A stretch of DNA of 64,000 bases, from NCBI RefSeq assembly GCF_000143415.4, contig NW_003314298.1:1333250-1397249 (forward strand), given 5' to 3'. The stretch is from Selaginella moellendorffii (lineage: Eukaryota > Plantae > Lycopodiophyta). Made by a program: the position numbers and the translations under genes. Positions 1-10,874 of this stretch are shown piece after piece (within the stretch, counting starts at the first letter, position 1; every line of letters starts with the position of its first letter). Under the pieces are notes generated by a model. That model was not told the DNA's origin. It was given only the letters and a program-made list of their open reading frames with translations, and searched no databases.

Positions 1-2230
1 ATGGCAGACAGTATGCCAAACAACTTACTAAAGATAACTCAAAGAACACAAAGTATCATTGATTGGCAAACAAAATGCTCGCGAATGTATCACCTGAAGG
101 AAATAACATCCTAATCTATCAGAACTAACTCGAGCAACAATCAACAAAACAGAATAAATGTGGTAAGACCAACAAACACTTAGTCATGCCAACCATTCTA
201 GTAGCCAATTTGAATAGATCCTGGTCAATAATACGAAAGAACCCAAATTTCTTTAGCAAGTGTCAGCAACATCCTACTAATATCTCAAACCCAAGAGACT
301 AATCCAAAACAAACCACAAAGAACATGTCGTATTGCAAAAAGCTATAAGCCATCAAAGAGAACAATTAACCATCATGAAAGATCATTAATCATCCTATCA
401 AAAAGAGATATGTAGAATCATTGTCTAAGAAGGAATCCACCATCCCAAAGAATAACAAATCATTCTAAATCAACAATAATCAAGCAAAACTTTTGACAAG
501 GATAATCAATTATCCTAGATGATAGTCAATCATCACCAATGATTGCTAAATGCAAGTATTAACTTCAACATGGAAGCTCATGAGCCAAAATGCCTTCCCC
601 AATAACTTCTAACGAATGAAACAATGAGCGCAAAACTCAAGGAACCAAAAGCTCGAAGAAGCCTATAGCTAAGTCTTGCTTAACAATGATCACAAGTCTT
701 GCACGAACTAACTTCAATGCTAAAGAAGAAATCATGGTATAACTCACAACATCTTATTCAACATATCCATAAGCTAAACTTCATAATGCGAAAGCTAATG
801 AAGAGCATGTTTGCATCAATCCAAAAGCTAAACATAACGAAGTTATGCTCAACAAGTGATCACTAAACGATCCTTCATGAATCCATCTATAGCAAGACGT
901 AACTCACTTCATCACAAGCACAAAAAGAACTATCAATGATTGATATATCCCAAACTTGCCACTTAGTTCGTTTGAACATCAACATAGTTGCTAACTAGCA
1001 ATGCACGAAATGCCAATAGCACAAAGCTATAGCCAAATCATCAACACTATCTTCATCGAGACTAATGAAACTCAATATCAATCTTATAGAAAGACAGGAA
1101 TTTGCAATAGATGGCAATGTAGAAATAGGGAAATCAAAAAAAGTATATGTGCTCAAATCTTGGAAAATAGGGGATTTTTTATCTTAAAATACTTTGGCCA
1201 CCATGATATAAGCAAAAGATTTACACTACTCAACCTCCTCAACAACATTTGAGACAGGAAAATCAATAATAATGTTTATACTCTCAAGAGAATACATAAA
1301 TTCTTCAATAGCAATGGTAAAACAAAGGCTTTCAATAACACTAACAAGTGGGGACACAATCTGAAATTTTAGCTAAAGTGACTCAACCCTTGGAATATAG
1401 GAATACTCAACACTAGAATTGATCAAAGACTTTACCAATGAAACAAAAGTAAGATTCTCAACTTCATACACATACTCAACATTTAAATTAGTATGAGAAG
1501 GATATATAATACTCGATTCAAACTGGATTAAGAATGAGAATCATAAGAGTCACAAATGATCAACATGCCAAGAGAAAAAGAAAAACACTACAAATGAGGA
1601 AAAAACACTAAAAGTATGAAAAGGTAACTTAGGCCAAAAAATAAGGAAAGGTTGGGAAAGAGCATAAGGTAAAGAAAGAGGATCAAATGGCAAATTAAAG
1701 GATTGACACCTACCCTATAAAATCTCCAACTTATCTCCATAGTTATCTCTATAATAATTAAATTCCTCATCACAATTTAGAATCCATTCGAGCTCATAAA
1801 CATTATCTTCCCATAAATTCAATTCTCAAACATTCTTCAAGAACCTAACTATATCATCCATAGCTCACCAATTAATGTCATGACCACGCTCCATATTAAC
1901 AGGAGATGGTAGAACACCAAGATTAAAACAAGCTGTGTAATTACATCCCATGGAACTTGGAGACACCAACACACCAAGAATGGTTGCAACACTAATATGA
2001 TCATACCCCACAACACCAAAAGCTCAATTAAATGGAGTAATATTAGTAGCATTAAGTGACATACTCCTTAATCAATGATAATACAGCATAGTAGAAAAAG
2101 AAAATGCAATAAAGATAAAAAGAAAGAGTACATTTAAGCACAGTGATAGTTAGAATTCTATATCTTGTAAAAAGATAATATAAATCTAAATCTAAAAAAG
2201 AATGAAGAAATAAGAATAAAAAGCATAATC
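1..2230 (-). mobile_element. Decayed 3' region of the short-LTR Ty3/gypsy family (extra-ORF region)
   Basis: The reverse complement of 1330-2230 aligns by eye with 19050-19830, which lies directly 3' of the gypsy integrase remnant. Many stops and strong CpG depletion. Homology of 1-1300 is inferred by continuity. Confidence 0.6.
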
Positions 2231-2771
2231 CCAAACACTAGAGTAAAACACTGCTAAAAAGCTTTGCCCTCTAGGGACAAATTGTAATGCCTTTCATCTC
2301 TACCAATGTGAGTGTTTGGGATATAGGAATAGATATATTAATTGGGGTTTAGACCTTTGCTTATATACAAGAATGGAAGGACCAAATTTAGTTCCAAATG
2401 GATGGTTTATATGTTATAATAATGCTTAGCTTCATGGTATGTTGATTTACAAGAAACAACCTTCCACTTATGATAATTAGGATTTTTGGATTGATGAAAC
2501 TCTTCAAATTTTATCAAGCTCTATTCAAATATTATTAATTTTTGACACACACACTCTCTCTCTGATGGTAAAATTTATTTGATATCTGATTATAATATTC
2601 TAGAAGTGTTTAGTTATATACTTTCAATATAAATAGCATAAATTTCTAGCAAAAAATTACTGATTTTGTTTTAAAGTTATATTTAAATTGTAAATGGGAA
2701 AACTCTAAAGTTTTTGAAAAAATATATCAGAAATAATACCGTAAGTGTATTAATCTAAGATGGCTAAAATA

Positions 2772-3593
2772 TTAACATAAATACTTTTTTTGTAATATCC
2801 ACCAAATAATGTTTGGATAATGTGCCAAGAAAATTACTATGCTACAATCATTTTTAATTGTTAAATATGAAGGAATTATACAATTATGTTTATTTAAACA
2901 ATATTTATTAGTTTCCCATAATACTCTTTTATTACTATACAAAACAAGGTTACCATCATTTTGAAGTTTTAATACACAAATATAATTATATTTTATAGGA
3001 CTTTCTGTTTCCCATATTTTTTGATTTTGGAAGAAAAGGACAACTTGACAATTTGATGTAACCATTAAAATAACTTTTCCATTAGGAGAAATTAAATATT
3101 CATCTTGATAAAGTTTTTGTGGACTATGTAGTGTATGTTGCTTAAGAAAACATACCGAATTGAGAGTATAATTATAAATTTTTTGTAAACTATTAGGAAA
3201 TAACCATTCTTGAATTAAGTTATATTGTATAGAATATCCTCTATTTTCATTTTCATAGGATGCAGGACGATTAATTTGTAATTCATTAATATTTTGATAG
3301 AAAATTCTTTGAAAACCAGATATTAAACTACTACCTCTAAAAGTTTCATCATTTGAACATTCATATATTACTTTGATTCTGAAATCTATTATTCCTGCAG
3401 AAGTATTAATTAGCTCACCATCTGAAAATTCAGCAGAGTATTGATCTTCTTCATTTAATTTAGATATTAATTTTCTAAATATTGTAGCTATCTTAGCTAT
3501 ATCTTGAGGATTTAAAATTCCAATTCTTCCAAATTTTGGTTTAGCTATAACATATATTGGAAGACAACACAATATAATATAAAGAGAATTCAT
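2772..3593 (-). CDS. Secreted protein with C-terminal bulb-type (GNA/B-) lectin domain, 273 aa, intronless
   Basis: Signal-peptide-like N-terminus (MNSLYIILCCLPIYVIA). C-terminal half has B-lectin hallmarks: LYQDEYLISPNG, LKLQNDGNLVLY (QxDxNxVxY mannose motif), VLWETN, LTIKNDCSIVI. Frame is open despite ~20-25% GC in sampled lines. Confidence 0.8.
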   Translation of the reverse strand: MNSLYIILCCLPIYVIAKPKFGRIGILNPQDIAKIATIFRKLISKLNEEDQYSAEFSDGELINTSAGIIDFRIKVIYECSNDETFRGSSLISGFQRIFYQNINELQINRPASYENENRGYSIQYNLIQEWLFPNSLQKIYNYTLNSVCFLKQHTLHSPQKLYQDEYLISPNGKVILMVTSNCQVVLFFQNQKIWETESPIKYNYICVLKLQNDGNLVLYSNKRVLWETNKYCLNKHNCIIPSYLTIKNDCSIVIFLAHYPNIIWWILQKKYLC

Positions 3594-3751
3594 TACTAGT
3601 TGTATTTCTAGATATAAATGAGGTTTTTAAAGTACCATAAATTTATATTTTATATATTTTAATTCAAATATTTATTTCAAAAATTAAAATGACAAAGAAC
3701 TTTTTATTATTCTACTTTTTTTTTTGAACTATTGAACTCATACTGATACAC

Positions 3752-3990
3752 TGTAGTGTATACATATAATAAGATTTAGATACATTATCATTGGGAATAT
3801 TTATGAATAAATTAGGATAAAATAACTGTTAAGGAGTGGCCCCTTTTTAATTGGTTTAAAGGGAGAAAGATAAGTTTTATTACATGTATTATCAAAGTAA
3901 ATGACATGGGTTCAATTCCTATTAATTGGTGGCTATTTAAAATATAGTATACTATAGTATGGAAATCTCTAAAGATTATGGGATTAGATA
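3752..3990 (+). mobile_element. Degenerate TRIM fragment (LTR 3752-3884, eroded PBS, start of internal region)
   Basis: TGTAGTG...TTACA ends; reverse-complement similarity to the TRIM at 18100-18333, including GGGTTCAATTCC after the eroded PBS. Confidence 0.55.
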
Positions 3991-4189
3991 AGGTGATCTT
4001 TGGGAATAAAAGGAATAAATAAGTATAAAATAGCCACTAAAGTAAGGGTATTTGAACCTTTATATCAAATTATAAAGAAAACATCACTTCTTGCCCAAGA
4101 AGTCACTCAAGCTAGGCAATTCTTTATAGGCAACCCTAATTATGGGTGGTATGGAAGAGTATTATTGCTGTTTGGCAAGCTCATAATTA

Positions 4190-5776
4190 ATCTTACTATG
4201 GCACTTGAGCATGGGAGTTTAAAGTGCTACTATCTCTTTCTCCTCCTCTTCTTCTCCATCAGATCCAACAGTAATAGTGGATCATATATTAGGTGATTGA
4301 GAGATCTAAAAGTGTGTGATGAGGAAAAAAAATTAGTAAGGGCATTCTTGAAACTTTGAAGAGAAACTTGGCAAGCTATAGAGTGCTTGGGACAAGTTGG
4401 ATCAATGCAGCCTTGATCTAGAAATCTAATTTATGTTTGATGCTTAAAAGAAAAAATGGTGAAAGAATATAGAAATAAACAAAGTGAAGAGAGAGAGAAG
4501 TTGTTGTGTGAATGACTTGAGATTGAGGGAGCTCAATGCCATTTTCAACACTAAAATTGTAAGTGTTGCCACTGTGATATTTCGTGATGATGGATTTGAC
4601 CACTTTGTAAGCAACCAAAGAGAATGATTCAAGAGATGATCCGTTGGGGTTCAAATATAGAGGGAAAGGGCCTATAAACAAAAGTGCACTCCCTTTTTTA
4701 ATTGGTTAAGGGTCTTGGGATATTTGGGGTTAAACCTCCTTGGGTTTGAATGGGTGAGTTCTCGAGAAGTCCAAACTCAGGAGATTACACACTTTTAGTG
4801 TGAAATTGCAAAGAAAAATGAGCTAGTTTGGGAAAAAGTGAGATGATATTGCCGTGTGTTTGTTGTGGGAGAGCTTGAGCTATTGCTTTTAGACATAGAG
4901 GTTCTTTAGAGTGTCAAGTCAATCTTTGATATCCAAAGCTTAAAGTTCCAATCACAAGCTTAAATTTGGTGTTCCTCATTGAGAAAAGCCACAGCATAGC
5001 AAAGTGGTATTTGTGTGTGGAATGCTATAGGAAGATGCTTATGCCATCATTGTGGGTGGTTGACCATAAGTTTGCTGAGAATTATGTGAATGATTCTGTT
5101 GCTAGATTTGGCCTAATTGTTACTAAAGGTATGGCAAATGTGGTGTAAAATTGCTCTAAAGGAAATTGCCACCTTAGTTCGAGACTAGTGTAGTTGGAAC
5201 TCTAAATCTCCAAATGATGAAGTCATAGATAAACTTGGATGCTTTAATTCAACTTGAAATATAATCTCCACCCATTTGGTAAAATAATCAATTGTCACTA
5301 ACAAGTAACAATGTCTATGTGAAGGAAGTGGTGAGATTGGGCTAATAAAATCTAAGACCTACATGAAGAAAGGTCTAGATGAGATGACAAATTGGAACAT
5401 GAGCTTAGGTGTATTGTTGAATAAGTTGAGAGCTAGGATCCACCTTTACAACCACAACATCTCAAAACTAAAGATTGTTCTCATGCCAAATCCTTGATGT
5501 AGTATTGTCTAAGTTGTCATGATATTGCTAAAGTGTCCTTCATAAGAATAGCAAGAGGAGGATATTTGGAACTTTATATCTACTACACACTGCCACACTT
5601 TATCCATTAATAGAGAGTTTTGTCAATCAAGCAATAACCTTAAGCTTGATTGCCAATATGCATTGCTAGTCCAATGAAAAATTGTCAAGAGCCTAGTCTC
5701 CAAGTACTTGGCAATATTTATGAGCTTGGTAAGAACTAGATGAGTGACTATGGAACTCATAACCAAAGCCTGGATT
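4190..5776 (+). mobile_element. Highly decayed LTR-retrotransposon (probably gypsy) internal remnant
   Basis: No long ORF; CpG-depleted; weak integrase-like words around 4950-5300; LTR-like segment near 4640-4790. Family not resolved. Confidence 0.35.
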
Positions 5777-6729
5777 TCATACCACATAGTACCTCTATAT
5801 CATTCCACTCACAAAACTTTTTCATCCCTCTTATTTTTCAAAATTGCTATTGTTTCTTGTCATACCCACTACAAACTCAATATAAGTTGTACTTTGAAAT
5901 ATTGCTCATGGCTTAGATTCTTAGTCTTGATCAGGAAATATAGAAAAAATAAAACTTTTATTCTCTATACAAGGAATTATAAGAAAAACCAGTTGATATG
6001 GATTGCATTATAAGTGATTTCCATGTATAATAATTCTATACATGTATAAAATGTCAAATTAGTATCTTATATTTAATAAACCTTATCTGGAGGGGCTAAT
6101 GTTTTAAAGATAGCTTTTCTATCTATTGTGATAATATGCCGAAAAAAGAAAATTCTACTTCACTTTATTTTTGTTTTAAAATGAAAACTAGAATTGAGAA
6201 AATGAGCCAATATTAAAATAAAATTAAGTCCACATGAAATTTATGCTTTATTTATTTTAAATTAGAAAAATAGCTAAATAACACTTGTTTAAAGAAGTTT
6301 TTTTCAGTGTTGAAATTAAAGTGACCTCGAGCTAGCTTCATAAAGATGATTTAGGTCTAGTCATAAATAATTGATTGACATTTATTTGTCTTAGCCACTT
6401 TTACCAAGAATTCAAAGAACTCTTTGCTGATTTATATGATTATTAATAAAATGTTACTGGCAGATAATCATGTAGTTAAAGTCAAATAATTTATCAAAAT
6501 AATGGCTCATATAATTTTGTAACTATTTAAACATAAAAATCTCATAAATTAAGAGTCATTGCATATAATAGCCCTTCAAATTATATTAAATTTAGATCAT
6601 CTAAATTGTAACACAAAACCACTTAAAATAGTATACACAAAAATATATCATTAAAAAATCATTAAAAAGTATATCTCTAATTATGCGAGCACAAATTATT
6701 CTCGTTTTTAACTGCTGTCTAGGTATATT

Positions 6730-7316
6730 CTAATCCGGCCGAATGAAATATTCGCAGTCCGTGGAGTATATAAATGCAAGACCTGCGGCGTTAGGGCTTT
6801 TCTTTGGGGGCCTCTGGCGGTTGAGCTCGGGAGGATTGCTTGCCTGTGTGCCCGCTTCTTCCTTCTAACGATTTCTCTCGCTTGTGGCGTAGATGGAGCT
6901 GGATCTGGATGGCGCCCATGGTGAGTGATCGCATCTCTCCTTTGCTTGCTTGATTGTTTTGCTGTGGAGCTTGGTTTTTCTTGCTTGGGTGCTTTCTTTC
7001 TCCTCTTTGCCGCAAGAAGGCGAAGAGCTCGACTAGATTTCCCACGCCTCCAGCAGCCCACCGGACAAAGTCCGGCCCGACCTGGGGACATCCTGGCTCG
7101 GGCGTTTTCCTTTGGAGGCGGCGCCTCCAAATGGGACTCGTGGGTAATTTGCAAGAGGGGGCTGCCGCGCTGGTGGAGGTACTCGGCGAGCGCCTCGACC
7201 AGGCTACCGTGGCGGCCTCCACAAATTCCTTAAATCTAAAGAAGCATGCTCTTTTGTTGTTCTTACAAGGTCTCTCTTCTCCAAGTCCAAGAAAACGGAT
7301 CTCTACTCCACGATGA
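6730..7316 (+). other. Repeated module P: TATA promoter, mini-exon (MAPM), intron, short ORF of unknown function. Other copies at ~20400, 24715, 31755, 45392, 49677; partial at 25896
   Basis: TATATAAA 6767-6774; ATG 6909; GTGAGT donor 6921; pyrimidine tract and AAGAAG acceptor 7014-7019; frame open to TGA 7316. Near-identical in all six copies. Confidence 0.5.
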
Positions 7317-7612
7317 AGTGCTGGGGATTCAAGCCAAATGCCTTGAAGGCTTGTGCCGCTCTGGCAGCTCTCTCTCGAGGATGGATTGCTTGGATCGGGC
7401 CAACGGCGGTGTATTGGACCAAACCTCTTCGTCTCGTAGAAATGTCCCAAGTGTGAGAACTCCGAGGTTGTGTTTGATACTGGTCCATAGTGACGTGGAA
7501 TTCTTTGATAGCGGTGATGGGGAGCGGCTCTCGAGGCTTTGTGAGAACTTTCACCGCCGCTTGCACGCACCGGTGATTTGAGAAGATGAAACTGAAATCG
7601 AGGGGGTCTCAG
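7290..7612 (+). pseudogene. PLS-class PPR gene fragment (copies ~25280-25590, 26060-26320, 32300-32610, 50240-50548)
   Basis: Translates to DLYSTMKCWGFKPNALKACAALAALSRG ... SIVTWNSLIA ... FEKMK, deleted versions of PPR motifs (M..G.KPN..LKAC; VTWNSLI). Internal stops. Confidence 0.65.
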
Positions 7613-7705
7613 CATGAAAACTTAATAATTTATTAAATAATTAGGTTTAATAATACTAATTGAAAACCTCGTATATTAAAGAATAATGTTTTTCTCAAAC
7701 CCTAG

Positions 7706-7831
7706 CTATGCGCTGGTGCTGGATCTAGACGACACGCTGGAATGCAGAAAGAACTCAACTATGCCTAGTAGCGTTCCTCAGCAAGATGGCGCAGGTATAC
7801 AAGCTCATAATCTTCAGTGTGTCAGACTCGT
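7706..7831 (+). pseudogene. NIF/FCP1-like phosphatase 5' fragment fused to SAD (copies 25683-25795, 32703-32828, 50642-50767)
   Basis: LVLDLDDTL (HAD DxDxT motif); DNA matches the longer NIF relic at 26403-26540. Confidence 0.7.
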
Positions 7832-8762
7832 AGGACTGTCTCCCGGAGCTATCCTCGGAGAGCTTCTACGATGAGGTCCGTGAGCTGAGGGAGCGAGCCG
7901 AGAGCTTGCCCAACGACTACTTCTTCTGCCTCGTCGGGAACATGATCACCGAGGAAGCGCTGCCAACTTACTGGACGATGCTCAACACTCTCGATGGCAC
8001 CCGCGACGAGATCAGTGCGAGCCCAAGTCCATGGGCACTGTAGTGGCGTGCCTGGACTGCCGAGGAGAATTGCCATGGTGATTTTCTCAACAAGTATCTC
8101 TACCTCACTGGACGAGTCGACTTGAAGCAAATCGAGAAGACGATCCAGTACTTATCGGTCCTGGAATGGTAAAGAGCCAGAGTTTCTTCTTTCTCGGGAA
8201 CTCAAAAGTTCGGTTTCCATCCTTGCAGGATCCCCAGACCGAGAACAATCCATATCTCGGGTTCATCTACACCTTCTTCCAGGAGCGAGCCACCGCCATC
8301 TCTCACGGCAACACTGCTCGCCACACGACTGTTTGCGGCCTCATCGCATTCGATGAGAAGCGGCATGAGAATGCTTACACCAGGATCATGGAGAAGCTGT
8401 TTGAGATCGATTCGGAGGGCGCAATGCTGGGGCTGGAGGACATGATGAGGAAGAAGATCTCCATGCCGGCTCATCTCGTGTACGACGGCCAGGACAAGAA
8501 CCTGTTTGAGCATTTCTCTTTGGTGGCACAGAGGATGGGGGTATACATTGCCAAGGATTACGCAGGAATTCTGGAGCACTTGGTCAAGAGATGGAACATC
8601 GAGTCCATCACTGGATTGTCTGCTCGCGCGCAAAAGGCCCAGAATTTCGTGTGTGGTCTCCCTCAGATCTTGAGACTGGAGGAGCGAGCGCAGAGCAGGG
8701 TGAAGAAGGGCCCCAACACTGGAACGTTTAGCTGGATTTTCAATAGGGAAGTCGTTCTCTAG
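7832..8762 (+). pseudogene. SAD: Stearoyl-ACP desaturase pseudogene, 5'-truncated
   Basis: [36 protein letters not shown] motifs; intron 8169-8228 at the conserved GM|DP position; TAG at 8041, frameshift and deletions. Confidence 0.95.
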
Positions 8763-8939
8763 GCGTAAAAGGTAAAAGGTGTACATTACGAGTTGCTTTG
8801 TTTTATTTTGTTTAGACACCAAACAGTCCAACTAAAATAAAAGAGTTTATAAGAAACATGTGCATTGTTTTATACATTTTCTTCTTTTGATTGTTTAGGA
8901 ATTAACTAGTGGATGAATATGGTTTATTATTCAGCGGTG

Positions 8940-9041
8940 TGAGGTCTAGTTATGCCATAAACTAATATTGGGATTTTGATATCTAATCAAATTGGTGAGT
9001 ATCAAAATCCTAATATTAGTATATGGCATAACTAGACCTCA
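8940..9041. repeat. 42-bp-arm inverted repeat (hairpin) in an LTR-derived segment
   Basis: 8940-8981 is the reverse complement of 9000-9041 (2 mismatches), 18-nt loop. Copy at 33953-34054; shorter perfect versions at 22613-22684 and 47576-47647. Confidence 0.9.
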
Positions 9042-9907
9042 AGTAATGACCACTTGCTCCTGTATATAAATTACAATTTTTGTATTAACATTTCTGTATT
9101 CCAAATTTGTATTTCATGCACTCACCACAGTTAATATTCATTTAAATGTAATCAAATTGGCGAGTATCACAATCCCAATATTAGTATATGGCATAACTAG
9201 ACCTCAAGTGATGACCACTTGCTCCTATATATAAATTAAGACTTTTGGATTAACATTTCTGTATTCCAATTTTGTATTTCATGCACTCACCACAGTTAAT
9301 ATTCATTTAAAGTTTCTGAATAAAATACATTCTAACTTATTCTACCATCTAATGGTTTGTGATATTTATATAATTTATAAAATTTGTGAGTAAGCTAGTC
9401 ACTTTTCTTATTATGATTTCTCCAGCATTAGTCTTTCAGAATAGTGGAGGGGTGATGTCCTAATGTAATCTCTTGTACTGATATCATTTTTTATATGAAC
9501 AAAGTGAGAAATAATCTATAATTGATAGGAAAGAAGAGGTTAAGCAAATAGAAGAATACCAGAGATAAATGAGTTAAGTATACCTTGAAACTCTTTTACT
9601 TATTATTGAGATTCAATAGCAACATTTGGTGGTAACACCATCACTTAGCCAAGTCAATCATCAAGGAAAGACATTAATAAGTGTGATGAGTGTGTTGAAA
9701 ATTATGTCTTTTATTGAAACTTTTATTAAGCCTAAAAGAACTAACACCTTCTTTACAAATGTTCTTCATTGAGTTGGAAATGAAAATGTTAATTCCCTTT
9801 AGTTTAATAAGAGTTCTTAGTCAATGAAGCCTTTAGTTCAATAAGGGTTATTATGGATGCTTTACAAGACAAAATGCATATTTATGAATACTTAATACTT
9901 GTGTTAT

Positions 9908-10352
9908 TGTAGTGCACCTTATTTCTCTTTATCCCTCAAGGTTCCAAGAATTCACGGTGACAATACTGAATCAATCAATCCATTTCCGCATTGAATTTAC
10001 CAATCCTTCTATTGTGTAGATTAGCTATTCTTGTCTAGGAGGCTCAAGACAAACGATGTATGTATGGATGCCTAATACATACGATTTCAAATTTTAGAGG
10101 TAGTAATATACCTTGCTCAAGGGTATATTATATTTTAAGTAGCCATTAATCAATAGGAATTGAACCTGTGCCATTTTCTCTGATACCACATGTAGTGCAT
10201 CTTATCTCTCTCCTCTTAAGCCAATTAGAAAAATGGCAATTGCTTAATGAGAGAGTCTTTAGTAACTATTTTATCCCCATTTATTCCCCAAGGTTGTAAG
10301 GATCCATGGTGATAATATATTCAAATTTCATCCCATGATCACATGTGCTATA
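9908..10352 (-). mobile_element. TRIM-like non-autonomous LTR element (copy at 34921-35365)
   Basis: LTR 10191-10352 begins TGTAGTGCA; CTCTGATACCA (tRNA-iMet PBS, reverse strand) immediately to its left; deleted second LTR from 9908. Confidence 0.7.
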
Positions 10353-10874
10353 GTCATTTACCCATGTATTTGATCTCTCTCCCTTTAACCCAATTGAAAA
10401 AGGAACAATTATTTTTTTTATAAAAAAGTCTTTAATAGATATCTTATCTCTATTTTTCCTCTAAGGTTTTAACAATCCATAGTGATAGTATATGTAAATA
10501 TCATGCCATAATTATATACAACTTTGTGAGTTTGTGAGAATATTTTGATATTTTAAATATTCTTTATGGAGATCTAAGACTTTGTTAAGATATTAACATA
10601 TCATACCACATAGTACCTCTATATCATTCCACTCACAAAAATTCTTCATCCCTCTTATTTTTCAAAATTGCTCTTGTTTTTTGTCATGCCCACTACAAAC
10701 TCAGTATAAGTTGTATTTTGAAATATTACTCATGACTTAGATCCTTAGTCTTGATCACCTCCTGGAAATATAGGAAAATACAAAATCTATTATCTATACA
10801 AGGAATTATAAAAAAAAATAGTTGATATGGATTGCATTATAAGTAATTTCCATTTATAATAATTGAAAACATGC

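Noticed and set aside
3880-3935. tRNA gene suggested by GGTTCAATTCC
   Set aside because: No cloverleaf; it is the post-PBS motif of the TRIM.
6708-7154. Repeated minus-strand ORF MQITHESHLEAPPPKEN... (several copies)
   Set aside because: Antisense to module P, non-ATG start, variable ends; recurrence is explained by duplication.
8166-8762. 198-aa ORF as an intact desaturase
   Set aside because: Starts at the last codon of exon 2 and reads through a 60-nt intron; the upstream exon has a stop and frameshift.
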